Source: Trichinella spiralis
Lineage: Eukaryota
Direction of reading: 5' to 3'
NCBI RefSeq assembly: GCF_000181795.1
Contig: NW_003526944.1
Span: 5,479,816 to 5,516,088, forward strand
Length of the DNA: 36,273 bases
Positions 1-13,535 of this stretch are shown one piece after another. Position numbers and translations under genes: made by a program. The notes beneath the pieces are model-generated. The model was given only the letters and a program-made list of their open reading frames with translations. It searched no databases and had not been told where the DNA came from. The first letter of the stretch is position 1. Every line of letters begins with the position of its first letter.

Positions 1-2180
1 AGACTCTAATGTGCGTGATAGCCAAGGTGAATATTTTCAGATATTTGTTTTTGTACTCTTGTATTATAGATCGATTGGAGTTTTATATATATATACATTG
101 AAAACATCATTTCCTCCTCCTATGAAGCAGTTTTTAATTATTTTACTATTATTTTTCAGATGCTACAGGCGAAGGTGGACGTCAAATGCGTTGCGCAGTT
201 GTAAACTGTAATCGTAGTTTTGCGAATATACAACTGCTCAATCAGCACTTGCGTCGTGATCACAGTGTTGGTTATTCAACGTCTGCCAACGGTCTCGGTC
301 ATGTACCGAATTCGGCTGGCATCAGACTTATCAGCGGCGCCCATTCGACCAAGGTGCCCGTTAGTCAGCCACGACCACGCACATCGATTTATATGCAGAC
401 ATCGTTGTGGTGTCGTGTTGCCAGACGTATGGCACCGAAAAATTTGTTCAACATTCGCCATTTTGCTCGTCATCCATGCGAACCGATTAATGCTAATGCA
501 ATTGCTGTAATCATAACAATTATTATTATTATTATTATTATTATTAGAATTGAATTTGTATATATATATTTTTTTAATTTCATTTATTACAGGCAAATTG
601 TCAAGCGCAACATCTGACCAAAGTTCAGCTAGTGGCAGCGCAGTTGATTCACAGTTCGCAGTTGTTGGCCTCAAAACGTTAGTGTGATGTTTTGTCTGCT
701 TGATAACGCCTTGTAGCTTCTTTCGTGTGTGCGTGTTCAGTTTCTGTTTTTGTAGCGTGTGCTGTTAAGGTTTTCTTATTTTTTTATTTTTACCATAACA
801 ACTGTTATTTGCGTGTGTGATGATGATGCTGATGCTGATGCTGATATTGCTGCTGATGAGCATAGTAGTAATAATAATAATAATAATAATAGTGTAATAA
901 TGATCGTATTTCTTCCATAACCTATCAACAACCAACCGATTTTGCTTTATTTTGTAACATATGATAATTTTCAACATTATGTACAATATGTTTATGTTAT
1001 ATTCAGTCGTGGAGTCGTGGAAACTTGGTGATGCGTGCAGTAAATTAAAAATGGCATTGTTTAATTCCTTTTTTCTTTTGTTGTTCAGCCTTGCAATGGG
1101 AAGTTGTTTTAAATTTTGTTATTAGCTGTGTGTTTTGCATAAATCATACGCTACTTTAGATTTTGTTTGTATTTGAAATGCAACTGTTTTTCTTTGGGAA
1201 AAACATCAGAGCATGTTGCAACTAACCTATCTTTTTGGCTGTTTGTTTATTTATTTATCTATATGTATACTTAAACAAAAATGTGTATGTAAATTTTTTT
1301 ATACATGTAATATTGTGCTTAATAACCACTTGGTTGAGTTCACCACACGTGAACAATTTCAGGATCGTAGTTGACAAATTGCTTGTGCTTTGGTCATGTA
1401 TTTATTTATTAATTAGTGGGATTTTTTTTGCAATAGTCTTTTTAAAATGTTTGAAGAAAAAGAATGTTTGATGTTTGTAACGCGTTGCGCTTGTGCTTGT
1501 GTTTAATGCGACTGAATATTGTTTTTAAATATGAAGAATTATTATTCATTTCAGCCCCTCGGTCGGTGACGCCTGCCGCGCAAAGGGGCAAGAATCGTCA
1601 TAGATATGCCGAACAGAAGCCTGTCAAGCGCAACATTGGAGTGGAAATTTTAGCACATGCAACAGTAATAAATAAATAAATATATATAATATATACATGA
1701 ATATTGACATGCATTTTTATATGCATGCACAGATTTAGTGTGCACAGATTTACTGTGCATTTGATTGAAATAATTTTTAGAATGGTCGACATGCACTGAT
1801 CAGTTATGCTCAGTGGGTGAACGAATCGATCGATTGTTATCTTTATCCCAAAGGTTTGGTTAAGTAAGCTTTTGAAAAAGTGATTATAGTAAACGCATAA
1901 TTCATACATATAATTGTTATTAAGTTGTAGTTAGATGTGATTTATTATTAGTAGTAGTAGTAACAGTATACAGTAGTGACAGTTTTACTGCTGATTTGCT
2001 TTTATTATTTTGTAAATTAATTATTGCGTTATGCTGTACAGGGAAGCGAGAAAATTGGCTTTGACACCACCGTTCTATCGATATTTGGCTCGCAATCCAT
2101 TCAGGGTTTTGGAAAACGCGTTGATCATTTTGCAACAAACTTTCATGATGGTTGAGCCAGCGGAAAGTGTATCTCAATAA
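1..2180 (+). CDS. MTA1: 3' part of an MTA-family (metastasis-associated, NuRD subunit; LIN-40/EGR-1-like) gene; exons <1-26, 160-506, 593-677, (1007-1039 optional), 1555-1664, 1781-1863, 2042-2180
   Basis: Phase-consistent GT-AG exon chain. It encodes a C2H2 finger (CAVVNC...HLRRDH), an MTA R1-like motif RTSIYMQTSLWCRVARRMAPKNLFNIRHFARHPCEPINANAIAANC (recalled MTA1: TRQAFYLHTT..RIARR..HAARHPYLPINSAAIKAEC) and an R2-like motif YLYPKGLVKEARKLALTPPFYRYLARNPFR. Stop TAA at 2178-2180. Confidence 0.82.
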
Positions 2181-3065
2181 AATGAATAATACCTTGTCAA
2201 CTTTTTCAAGATTTTTCATGAAAATATTTACATTATAACATAAATGTGTGTTTGTGTTTGTGTGTGTGTTTTTCAGTTTTATTTTCTTCACTTCCACAAT
2301 CTTTACCCATTTATTATTTGTTTGTTGACCATTATTTTTCAAATCACGGGATGTTTAATATTTATTTTTACAGTACATGCTGTGTAAAAATTAATTTCAG
2401 CATTTTAAAGTATGTTTACGAATGTTCTTCACATTTAACAGTATTGTCGAGCAGATTTAGTTTTTTTTCCAGTGTATCATCTAATAGTTTTTGAACAATT
2501 GTACTGTAGTAATGAAATGCATGCAGAAAGTGTTGATGAAAAATGATCGCACTCTATGTGAAATTGTTATTACCCTTTTGAACTTCTGTCAATTTGAATG
2601 AAATGAAATTCATATTGTACAGTATGCTACGTGAACATTTTTTTGAACTTGAAAATACATTTTATATACAGTATATGATTTATCGTAAATAAAATTTGCT
2701 TTTGAAAGTTTTTTGTTGCACAAAATCATCTTTTTAACATAATTAAATGGTAAAAATAAAGTTCGATGTAAAAAATATATATTAAACAAAATTAGTGTAA
2801 TTAAATTGCAACTCGAACGTTGCGTGCGTACTACTTTATTGTTCACGTTTTGAATTGTTGTTGCAATTAACATTTGGCGAATCTCATTCTTATTTTTCAT
2901 AATTTGTTACAATATAATTTAAATTGAATTATTTTAAAATCAAAATAACTTCTACTTTTTGCGTTGTGATTTTGATATGCTTGAAGAGCAACAGATTTAA
3001 TATTTTGCGTCATTCAGTAGAAAACGAGTCAGTCAGTTGTGTTTCAGTCGGTGGTGGTGGTGGCA

Positions 3066-3545
3066 ATGCTTCAACGCAGGTTGGACAATGCAGCTCCCAC
3101 TGTTTACGAGAAGAAAAATGCTCGTCGTGGATCAAGCGAACAACAGCAGCAGATGGATTTCAATGTTCACGATCCGATTGATGAGATGGAAATTTTCGAC
3201 CTGATCCGCGACATCAAAGATCCTGAGCATCCGTTCACATTGGAAGAGTTGAATGTTGTTTCGTTGGAAAATATCGAAGTTGAAGACAAAGGCGTAAGTC
3301 AAGTTGTGGTCCACTTCACGCCGACACTACCCCACTGTTCGTTGGCGGTGATCATCGGTTTGTGCATTCGAGCGAAATTGGCACGTTCACTTCCAAGGCG
3401 TTTCAAAATTGACGTCCGACTGACTCCCGGTAGCCACGACCACGCTGAGCAAATGAGCAAGCAGTTGTGTGACAAAGAAAGAGTCGCAGCCGCTCTGGAA
3501 CGTTCTGAAATATTCCAATCGGTCATCGCATGCCTTTATAATTGA
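3066..3545 (+). CDS. CIAO2B: Cytosolic iron-sulfur assembly component 2B (FAM96B/MIP18/Cia2), single coding exon, 159 aa
   Basis: LDNAAPTVY...EIFDLIRDIKDPEHPFTLEELNVV...FTPTLPHCSLA...KQLCDKERVAAALE matches FAM96B family motifs. ATG at 3066. Confidence 0.95.
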   Translation: MLQRRLDNAAPTVYEKKNARRGSSEQQQQMDFNVHDPIDEMEIFDLIRDIKDPEHPFTLEELNVVSLENIEVEDKGVSQVVVHFTPTLPHCSLAVIIGLCIRAKLARSLPRRFKIDVRLTPGSHDHAEQMSKQLCDKERVAAALERSEIFQSVIACLYN

Positions 3546-6500
3546 ATTGTTAATTAATTTTTTTCGATCAATTGAAAAAATTGAAACAAAATTGTAAAAT
3601 AATGTCAAAAAAAACAATGTTGATTTTTCCACATTGTTTGATTCGGTTTATAATCGTTTTAATTTCTTTTGTTCAAAAGAAAAACCGATCGATTGACGAC
3701 GACAATTCATTTTCTCACCAATCAATCCGAATCAAATTGGAATCAGTTGACATGAGATTGAAATCAACGTTTATAAATTTAATATTTATAAAAATTTAAG
3801 ATTTTCATCTTTATTATGTGAAAAAAAATTTTTTCTTTTTAAAAAAAGACATCGCGTTTGAGTAAAATAAAGGAATTCATCGGATGTTCCACGTTTCACG
3901 TTGGACCATAATTTGATGTTCAGGTACATGATTTGTTAGAAATTGGATAATTCGATTGGTTGTTGATCAAATTTGTCTCAAACGTTTAATTTTTTGCTGT
4001 TGCTGTTACGGTGATATTGGTTGAAGGGTAAAAGTTGAATTGAATTGTGAATGTTCTTTGACCAAGCAGACGGCGATGATGCAGACAGATACTGAGGCTG
4101 TGGAACAACCATCGTGCAACAGCAGATGGCTAAATGCACCGAATGCCCAGTAAAAAAGCTCGGGGGCGAAAATTCCGACCGTTCTAGCAAGACACCAGTT
4201 TTCGGTGCATTTTTGCAAGGTCGCCTGCCAAAACATCGTCAGCATCTTGTTGTCATTGATGATGATTCATTCATCCATAATTATATTTTTCCACCACTCA
4301 CTTGTCAGTCGTTTCCCCTTCGGTCTGCATTTGCATATTGTTCGTTGGTCAGTTAATTTTGTACACGTTCCCAGCGCAGAATATGAATGAATCGATTTTC
4401 ACCTCAAAGCAAAGCCGGTTCCGGTGGCCATTCTCAAGCCGTGTTTGCTTTTGATTCTAGCTCTTTTCAACCGCTCGCTTGCCGGATGTGATCAATTGGC
4501 CAGCTTTGAAAGTTTTCAGCATTCTCAATTTAGGTACGTTCAAAATCAGCCATCCTGTATGTAATCTGATCTATACAACTTTCTGCATAATCAATCATAA
4601 AAAAATTTTATCTAAAATTATATACATTTTTTCATTATCATTTGCAATTCATCATCAAGAATTCCTTGTAATTCAATAGGAAAAGCTGTTTTTTTTTGTT
4701 TTTTCAACATTTGTAAAATCCATTTTCTCTCAAAACTTACATTAGACGGGATAAAATTTTCAAATTTGCATTCATTTGATTTCATTCATAAAATTGATTC
4801 ATCAATTTTTAACAATTCTTTGCCAAAAGGTGCGTGAAAATTCTAGTCGAATATTTGTCACGATTTTCTTAAATAACTTAAACACGCTTTGCATGAGATG
4901 ATGATGATAATGGTTTTATTTGATCAGTGAATAATAAATAATCTCTTTCTCTTTCTCTCTCTCTCTTTCTCTGTTTTGTTCTCTGTCTTTGATCGTTTCA
5001 CTCTTCATATCATTTTCTTTCCAGTTTAAACTTTTACCTGTCACTTCTCTCATCTACCTCCGCCACAACTTTCAATGCTTATATCTGCTTGGATCTTCTC
5101 AGCTTTATTCATTCGAAGAAAGCTTGCACATGTTTCGATTTTGCAAATTGACGTTGAAACATTTCACGAAATTTAATTTCTTCCTTTTCTTCTTTTTCCC
5201 TTCCATTTTAACAGCTTGTTTTATTGGAGCTTCCTTTCTTCAGCTTGGTAGCTGTCTGTTCAAAAATTCAGTGTTGTTGACTATAGAATAAATTTTGCAT
5301 AATAAACAAACGATGCAGTCTAAGGTCACCGACGGCTGTGAGAGATCGTTTCTGATCGACGTTGATGAATGAATTGACAATTTTTCTGTGATGATGTCAA
5401 TTTCCGACTGCTGGCTTTATCGAACAACAGACACTCTATTAATGCGAATGTGATTAATTATCGTATTCATCGATTCAGTCAATCCACGCCCCCCCCCCCT
5501 TGCCTTTTATTCTTCAAGTCTGTCAGCTCAGCTTGGCCATTTTTAATTTCGGATACACCAATTGTTTGTTTGTACATGTGGTGTGGTATAAGGTCGGTTG
5601 GTTCGTCAGTTGTGTTGCTTTCGTTTGCTTGCTGTTTGTGCTTTGTTCGCAATTTCACACCACCAATTAAATAAATTCTACTCATAGCATGACAAACGTT
5701 TTAATGCTTGACTAACCAACAATTTACCTCAGGTAAAATATATTGATTCGTTTTTGTTTGAAATGCAAAAAAACATTATGCAATATACAAAATAGAATAG
5801 AATAAAAAGTTTTTTTCTTTTAAATTAAGATGATCAGACAAAAGTTGCAAATCAATAGCGAAGAGTTTGTTGCATTTGCGTGAGAAATATTTTTTTTTGT
5901 TTAATTTCAAAATTGAATGAAGTAATTTCATTGTGTAGTTGAAAATAACGTTCAGTGGTATTTGTTGTAACTTTTAACTTCAGTGTGATGCAGTTCGAAT
6001 AAATTGTTTAACCTATTTATAAAATGTTACTCAACATTTGAATAAAAATCTCTCCCGTTGTATAATTTCTCACAAGATGCGACAGTTTGCAAAACATCTA
6101 ATGTTTACTTTCTGATTCAACTAAAACCAATTTAAGAAGAATCACTTATATGACAACTCATATGACTCATCACAGTATTGTATTCTTAATTTTTTTACAT
6201 GATGTTCAATTTTTATTTTGTTTATTTTTTAACGGAACAATTTGTAGGCCAACTTTTTGATAATTATGTACTAATTCAGTACAGTAATTTAAATTCTCTA
6301 CTGTATGCTTTGCGATTGATCTGTGAAATGAAGTGGTATTTAATAAAGTTTGCTTTCATTATAAAATCGATTTGTAAACTAATGCCGGTTGTTATAAATC
6401 AAAAAATTGTTTTTTATTCACCGTGAGAAAATAATTCGTAGCACATTCATTATGCACATCTCTGAGAGTTGATCAATTGTATTTTGAATATTTTACCAAA

Positions 6501-7353
6501 ATATGCGTACATTCGTCCGTGTGTATATATTTGCCGTTTTTGCATGTCAAATTGAATTTGCAAATTTTGTAAACTAAGCTCAAATGTATGATATTATTTC
6601 AATGATAATCCAATTTCGTCAGTTTATTTGTTTGATTTTATTGCTTTTCAGTCTGTTGTGCTTATTATATGTATGTGTAAGTGGTATTTTTCTGCGTCAC
6701 ATGGCAAACATAGATGAACAATCTATGAAATTGAGTGCATTATTTATTTTGCATATTATTAATGCAAAGTTAATCAGTTTTTTTGTATATGGAATATGGT
6801 AAGTTCAATGTTTTTCAATTATTCGAGATTTGCCGAAGAAAAGTCAGTTCATGTCATAAGTTTTAAGTAGGTTTTTTTTCGAATATTTTTTTTGAATACC
6901 AATTTTCTTGATTAGATAATGGTGAAAAAATTATTTTTGCTTTTCGAATGATTTTACGTTGAATATTTTTGACATTTTTGCAAAATGTCAGCAGTAGGTG
7001 AACAGATTTTGTGCATGAATTATTTGAACGTGTTCGAACATGTTTGACAACGAATGGAACAGATGTTGATTATCTTGTAAGATCTGTTGAGAAATTTTTG
7101 CAACGCCTTTGTTATAATAGTTTCAGCGATCCATTTGAGAATCAATCAACGAAACGATGTTCATCATCATCATCAGATATATATATATATATATATATAT
7201 ATTGTAGCCCAGAGGAGAATTTTCCTAGCCGCGCTTGCTGATAATAGCTCATGCAATCGAACAACAACAACAACAGCTTGAAACATTTTCTCATTCGCAT
7301 TATTGAACAGCCTCAACTGCTTGGTTGTTTTTTTGTTTAGACTAGTTGTAGAA

Positions 7354-7639
7354 GGGGTGGTTTTACTCGGTCCCGCTTTTCTCTCATTGGTCTTTGCCCA
7401 CGCTATTTTATTAGACCGTCAAATCTTTGTTGTATTGGTTTTCATTTTATTTGGCCGTGAAGTCTTTGTCGTAATGGTTTTCTTTGTCTAATTCCTCAGT
7501 GAAGTCTTTGTCGCATTGGTTTTTTTGTCTAATTGCTCATTGATTCAAACTCTTCAGTTGTGATTAAGATTTGACGGTCCAATAAAATAGCGTGGGTAAT
7601 GACCAATGAGAGAAAAGCGGGACCGAGTAGTGCCAAACC
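7354..7639. mobile_element. Mutator-like (MULE) MITE, copy 1
   Basis: About 75-bp terminal inverted repeats (TACTCGGTCCCGCTTTTCTCTCATTGGTC...), 9-bp target-site duplication GTTGTAGAA (7345-7353 and 7640-7648), short internal tandem repeats. Near-identical inverted copy at 21853-22140. Confidence 0.88.
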
Positions 7640-8338
7640 GTTGTAGAAGTTGTTAAGCAATACAGAAGCAGTGTTGAATGTTTTTTTTCTTTTTAATTTA
7701 TTTATATTTTCAATTTGATACATATTGATTTGTCCCGCTTTACTAGCAGTTGCATTGTTTGCAACGGAAAATGATGCGCTGTGCAATTTTTTATTGCCGA
7801 TTGAATGTGATTGATTGATTGGTAGATGTCATATTTAGAAAGTGCTTCTTATACTTTGTGCTGTTTGTAATTTTTAAAATTTCGCAAATTTGAAATTTTA
7901 AAGTGATTAATTTGTTCATTATATTCCTTGGGAAAAAGTATAATTTTCTTCTCCAGGAAAGTTTACGATCATGACCAATCAGTCGGTCAGTCTGCTGTTC
8001 CTGGCAGGCGGTCTGCAGTTGTAGGTTGACGTTTTTGCAAACTGGTTACAAAATTGTTGCTTACTTATATATTTTAAGTGTTCATTCATTCATTCATTCA
8101 TTTACGTTCTCCTGTTATTAGTCAGATTTAATTTAATATATGTAACGCGACAACTTTCTTTATCTTTGCATTTTCGACTTGTTTGCGCTTTCTTTTTTTT
8201 TTTAATATTCAGTTAATCTGATTAGTATAAGCATCAACAGTCAAGTTTTAATTAAACAAGACATCGTTGATTTCTTGTTTAATTAAAACAATATAATTAA
8301 TTAAATAAATACATATTTGTACTTTCAAGGACTGCGGC

Positions 8339-11300
8339 ATGGAACCCTCGTCGTTGTTGAATGGTTCCGAGTTCGCCGATCCGGACGATGCACAGTCCAA
8401 AGGAAATATCACGCTTTCCCTTTCACAGTCAGACTTCTGGATCAGTACAGTAAGATGGATTTGTTTGGTTTGGTTTGTTTTTTTGTTTGTTTACTTGTTT
8501 TTCATTTTGAATTTATTTAAGTTTTCGTTTGGCATAACTGAAAATGGTGACATCAGTGATGAAAACACTTTTTATAATTGTTTGAACGAGTTGCACTGTA
8601 AGCTTGTGGACGCGATTGATGGTCCGGTGAGTGTGAAATTGTGTTTTAAAAAAATATTTAGTTTTTTCATCTAAGAAGAGATTCTATTATATAGTACGTT
8701 GGACAGTTTAATATTTAAAGTTGGCAGTATTTGATATTCATTTCAATTATGTGTTCGATTATTATTTCGAGATGGAATTATTATTATTATTATTATTGCG
8801 TGTTGAAAATTGTCGTCATTGAAAATGTTAATGTTGATGCACAATGATAGGAAGTGGATGATTTGATTTTTGGTGTTAAAGAATTATTGCATGAAAACTA
8901 ATAATAATCCGCAGTGGTGACATGAAAACGATTGACATTTTTATTTACCTGTTGTAATTGATCATGATTGTTGTGTTTAATTGGGTTATTTTTAAATTGA
9001 ATTTTTTTTACACAGTTGAAAGAAGTTTGAAAAAATTACTCGAAGTTTATTTATAATGTTTAAAATTATTATTATTATTATTGTTTTAATTTTTCTAGTC
9101 AGTTGTTATTCATTTTTTTTCAGTTGACAGAGGAATTTTTGATCAATTTTCGTTGCGCAGTTGATCAAGTCGAGCAACACGGCCGACAATTGGCGAATGT
9201 TAACACAGAGATGAAGCCAACTGTGGACAAGCATATTCAATTGGTGAGGGAAAGTTTGAAACAAGCCGAATTGGTTTATGAGAAAACCAACCAACGACAT
9301 GCTGATCCGAGAAGTGAAGGTAAATGGGGAGAGACAGATAGAGAAAAGGGAAATTGTTTGTTTGTTTGTTTTTTTATAAATTTTTATTTTCAATTTTTAA
9401 ATTTCACTTGATCAAACATATTTTCAATAATAATAACAATAAGCAGATGTCGCTTTTTTCTATGCTTAGCATTTGTGCGTTGGGTTGTGGAAATCTGTTT
9501 ACACTTTTTGCTAGCCACAGGGCCTGAAATAAATATTTTTTCTTTCGTTTGAAATGGTAACCTCAAGTGAGAGTGAACTTTTCACAGGAAATGCTTGGCT
9601 TTTACAACAAACAAATGGTGTTGCAAAAATAAAATTTAGTCAATTTTAATTCAGTAAAGGAGCATTGCAAGTTTTATGCAGTGGTTGAACTGACAATAAT
9701 TAATAATTATCGTTCGGTTGAGAAATGGTTGCTCGACGTTCAGATATATATATATATATGCTTTATTGTTGGTTCCATCAAAGCAAACATATGCTTAAAC
9801 CAAAGTGTTTGCTTGACCTCTTATTTGAAGAATCAATAGGACGGTGGCCGGGCCAACTGCGAACTTCAAGCTTAACTTTTGCTTTGTTTATAAAAATAAT
9901 AAATTCATCCGCTGTCACACCTTCTTCTTCTTCTTCTTCTTCTTGGTGCTCGCTTTTTCAAGGCGTTGTTCTTCCTCTTCAAAGGTTGCTTTATTATTTT
10001 TAATTTTCAAAATAATTCAAATTTAATTAATTTCTTCATTTCCAACATCGATCGGTTAGCTTTAGAAAAATTAATTGGAAATTATTTTATTTTTTGGTTA
10101 AATTTTTAGATTCAATGTTGATTTTGAAAGGCCTACGATGCTGGTTGAAGAACGTCGAACGTCAATTGGACATTTTCAATAAAAAGTTGCTGTCCCACTG
10201 CGACGATTACGATACTCTTCTTGCCGAAAGAAAAGAATTTCAAGTACAACGTACTTTTTCTTTGAGAAAAAAAAATATTTTATTTGATATGAAAGTTTAT
10301 AAATTTTTTATTTTTTTTTGAAATGTAGGAATTTTTTTGCCAATTCATTGAAGAGGGTGCGTTGATGTTTCGAGATGCGAGACGTCAACTGTTGCAGAGC
10401 GTCGAAATTTCGTCAATAAATCGTCGTCTGTTTGATTGTTTGAAAAGTCGTTGGTTAGCAATGCGATTGCGCTGTGTTGAACGTGATTGTCTATACGAGA
10501 ACGCACTGAAGCGATTTGAAGTAAGAACAAAAAAAATATGTTAATTAATTAATTAATTAATTAATTGCTCAGATGGAAGGCATGTCAAGTTCGGTAGCGT
10601 CGAGCTTGTATGAATTGGAACCAGAATCGAAAAAATGCCGGAACGATTCATTGGATGCTGGTGGTCAGTCGAGAGATTTGTTAGCATTGTCGGAAGGTAT
10701 ATTTTTCGAAGACGAAGTCGACGTTGGATATTCAAGCGGCACGTCTGCACGCAGTCATCCTACCTCCAGTTCAGCCGGTGTCGATCATCCTACCTCCCAT
10801 GATGTACAAGTGAACTTTAGCCAAACTTGGCCCCGACAAGCGAACAACAAGCGCTCTTCTGCTTTCTCCAAACCACCTCTGCAGCACGTTATCAGCAAGT
10901 CGACGCCCACGTTGACTTCGCTGCATCGAGAACAACAACGACGAGTTCCACTGCGAAATTCTTTCAATTTGATGTCGGCAGATGTTTGGAAAATACATCA
11001 TAACATCCAAAATTGCTGCACGCCGGATGTTGACGAAAATAGCAAATTTTCCGCTTGTTTGTGCTTGGCTTGCCAGCAACACGGTGACGGTGCCGGTTTG
11101 TCAAACAGTCTGCCAACTGACCAGTGGATGCTGTCAGTTGATGCGGAATTTGAGTCGGATGTAGACGATGAAAATCACTCCAACTTTGAGGAGTCCATTT
11201 TTTTGAACAAGCAAGCTGTACTTCATCATAGCACTCCAACAGCTTCGACGCAGCATAATCTATTCCGCAGCGTTTGTTTCAAAGATGCCGTCAACAACGA

Positions 11301-13535
11301 CCATGCACCGCATCTCATCACATCAAACAGGGTTTGTCTGTTCTTTTGAAATTATTACTTCTTATCTTGTATAATTTTTGAAAATTGAAAAATCATTATT
11401 CATGTTGACAAATTTGTGGTCAACTTGTCGATTCAACTTATGCGGACAAAAATAGATGCAGCGAAAGCTAGATTGATAGATTGATTGCAAGTTTTTCGTT
11501 ATTTAGACCATATTTTGTCAACTTGTTTTTAGTACAGTAATCCATTTTTCTTATGCCACTTATTTTAATTGTGCATATTCTATTTCTCTTCTCCCTTGTT
11601 GTTGTAGTTGTCTGCTAGTAATATTCATTTTCTTGTTTCAGGATATGTATCGAATGATGTCAACAGATGCGAAAAAAACCACTACTCTTTCATCAAATTC
11701 TGTAAGTTGAAATATTTAATACACACACGCACACACACACATATTTATATATTTATTTATTTAATAAAATTGTCAATTTTCTTTTTTATCTCAGCCTCAG
11801 TGTTGGAAAAAGCAACACAGGCAAGTGGCTCAATGTCACCCTTTCGAGTCTGTTGGTGCGAAACAATGTTTGCTAGACGATGATGAGTCAGTGATGACGG
11901 TTGGTGGCGCTTCGGTTTTATTGCCAATTTTATTTTATTGAATTCACTTTCAGGATACTACGCATCAACGAGTAGTAGTGTCGAAAGCATTTTCCGAAGA
12001 GGAAAAGTTTCAAGCTTTTGTAGCTCAGCTGAGTGTGTTGCTTTTCCGAGCCAAGAGTCTTTTGCACACTTCCTCCAATGGAGATGCTTCTCCTTCGGCC
12101 AACAGCGCTGACACCACAACTTCTACTGCTAATAATAATAGTGGAACTGCAAAAGTAACTGTAACTTTCTTGACTGCAACTTTTATTTATTTATTTAAAA
12201 AAATTGTGATTTTATTGTTTAATAATATAGACTGATGAAGCGAGCATTTGTCGAGCATTTCTGTCGTTCATTTTACTCTTCTCATCTCGTCTGGCTGAAT
12301 TCAAGTCAACACTGGAGCGTAGTGATGACGACGTCTCTAAAGTGACCAGTAAAGAAGCACTTTTTAAATAATTAATTAATTAAATTATGTTATAATGTAA
12401 CTTTTTTATTCCTATTTTTCGTCAGACTCATTGCGTGACTGGCAGTTGGCGTTTTTTGAATTTGTACGTCGCTCTACTGGAAGCCGAGATGCGGTCGAAT
12501 CTATGCTGGTCGAGTTGGTGCGACTCGTCTCCTATTTGAAACAGTTGATTGTGCTCGTTCAAAGTAACGAAGAAACACTCTGCAACGAGGAAGTTGGACT
12601 TGATTTATTGAAATTGACTTATGCAAATAATCATAATATTTATTCATTTTGTTCAGATTTCGAAATTGAAAGCATTCAATTCGAACGCGTTGCAGACAAT
12701 GTTGACCGAAGCTCAAAAAATGCGCGAAGAGTGCGGTTTTGATGTCGCCAACGGCAAAGTTGATTTTAATTTTGATGAAAATCAAGCTTATTCTTATTCT
12801 TCATTTGCCGACTCACCATTCGGCCCTGCTGATCAGCCCAACGACGACGCAGCACTTGTCGACCGGTAATATTTTTTTTTGTTGCTTTTTTATACGAATT
12901 TATTATGTATTATAAATTTATACAAAAAGCATGATCATGAACAACAACAACAACAGTAAGATTTGTATCTTCTTCTTCTTCTTTTATACAATAAGTGAAC
13001 CTCAGATGTAGACAGGCATGTTTTCCTTTTCGCTGGTATACTGGTAGGTAACGACAAACTGTGTATGAATGTATGTATAACCGTTGCATAACGACTTGTC
13101 ATTGTTGATATATCAGAAATTTTATTATTTATGACAGTTGTTTGTTGATGATAATTTTCTTTTCTCAAAGCATGCATTTGTATAATAGAAATGGGCATGC
13201 GTGCGTAGGTTTGAATTTCACCCAAAATTGCAAACAACAATGATAATTTTCCAACATTTGATTTACTCTGATATAATAATAATAATAATAATAATAGTGT
13301 TATATATATATTTTTTTTTGTTAAATTAAAAAAAATACGTCGTTAAAGTGGTGGAATTCAGTGGCTCACTTCTGCGTTGTGCTCGAATTGGCAGCTTCCA
13401 ATTTGTTTGGCGCTTTTGACTTGCTTGGTGATTTACGTGCTCGAGCCGCCGGAATGTTGCAGTTATCGAAACGTTTGGGAACGCAGTCTGGCGCTGCAAA
13501 TGCACTACGTCGGTGACGGCATTCCACCCACATGA
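8339..13535 (+). CDS. KASH-domain outer nuclear membrane protein (Klarsicht/UNC-83-like), about 847 aa; exons 8339-8449, 8522-8626, 9124-9319, 10110-10243, 10329-10520, 10573-11331, 11642-11701, 11795-11899, 11954-12154, 12231-12348, 12426-12592, 12657-12865, 13349-13535
   Basis: All 12 junctions are GT-AG and frame-consistent. The last exon encodes a transmembrane segment (WQLPICLALLTCLVIYVL) and a luminal peptide EPPECCSYRNVWERSLALQMHYVGDGIPPT*, which has KASH hallmarks (Cys, Y at -8, terminal xPPT). The N-terminal part has a spectrin-like helical region (RWLAMRLRCVERDCLYE) and a DVGYSSG motif reminiscent of Klarsicht/UNC-83. Confidence 0.8.

Noticed and set aside
2180..3066. MTA-CIAO2B operon
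   Set aside because: Same strand, but the roughly 900-bp spacing is not enough without trans-splicing data.
6986..7241. ORF 7011-7241 as an upstream exon of the KASH gene
   Set aside because: Runs into a TA microsatellite, has no recognisable motif, and I established no frame-consistent link.
7303..7786. Hydrophobic ORFs 7303-7491, 7529-7786 and 22003-22302 sharing LLGPAFLSLV
   Set aside because: They are translations of the MITE inverted repeats, not genes.
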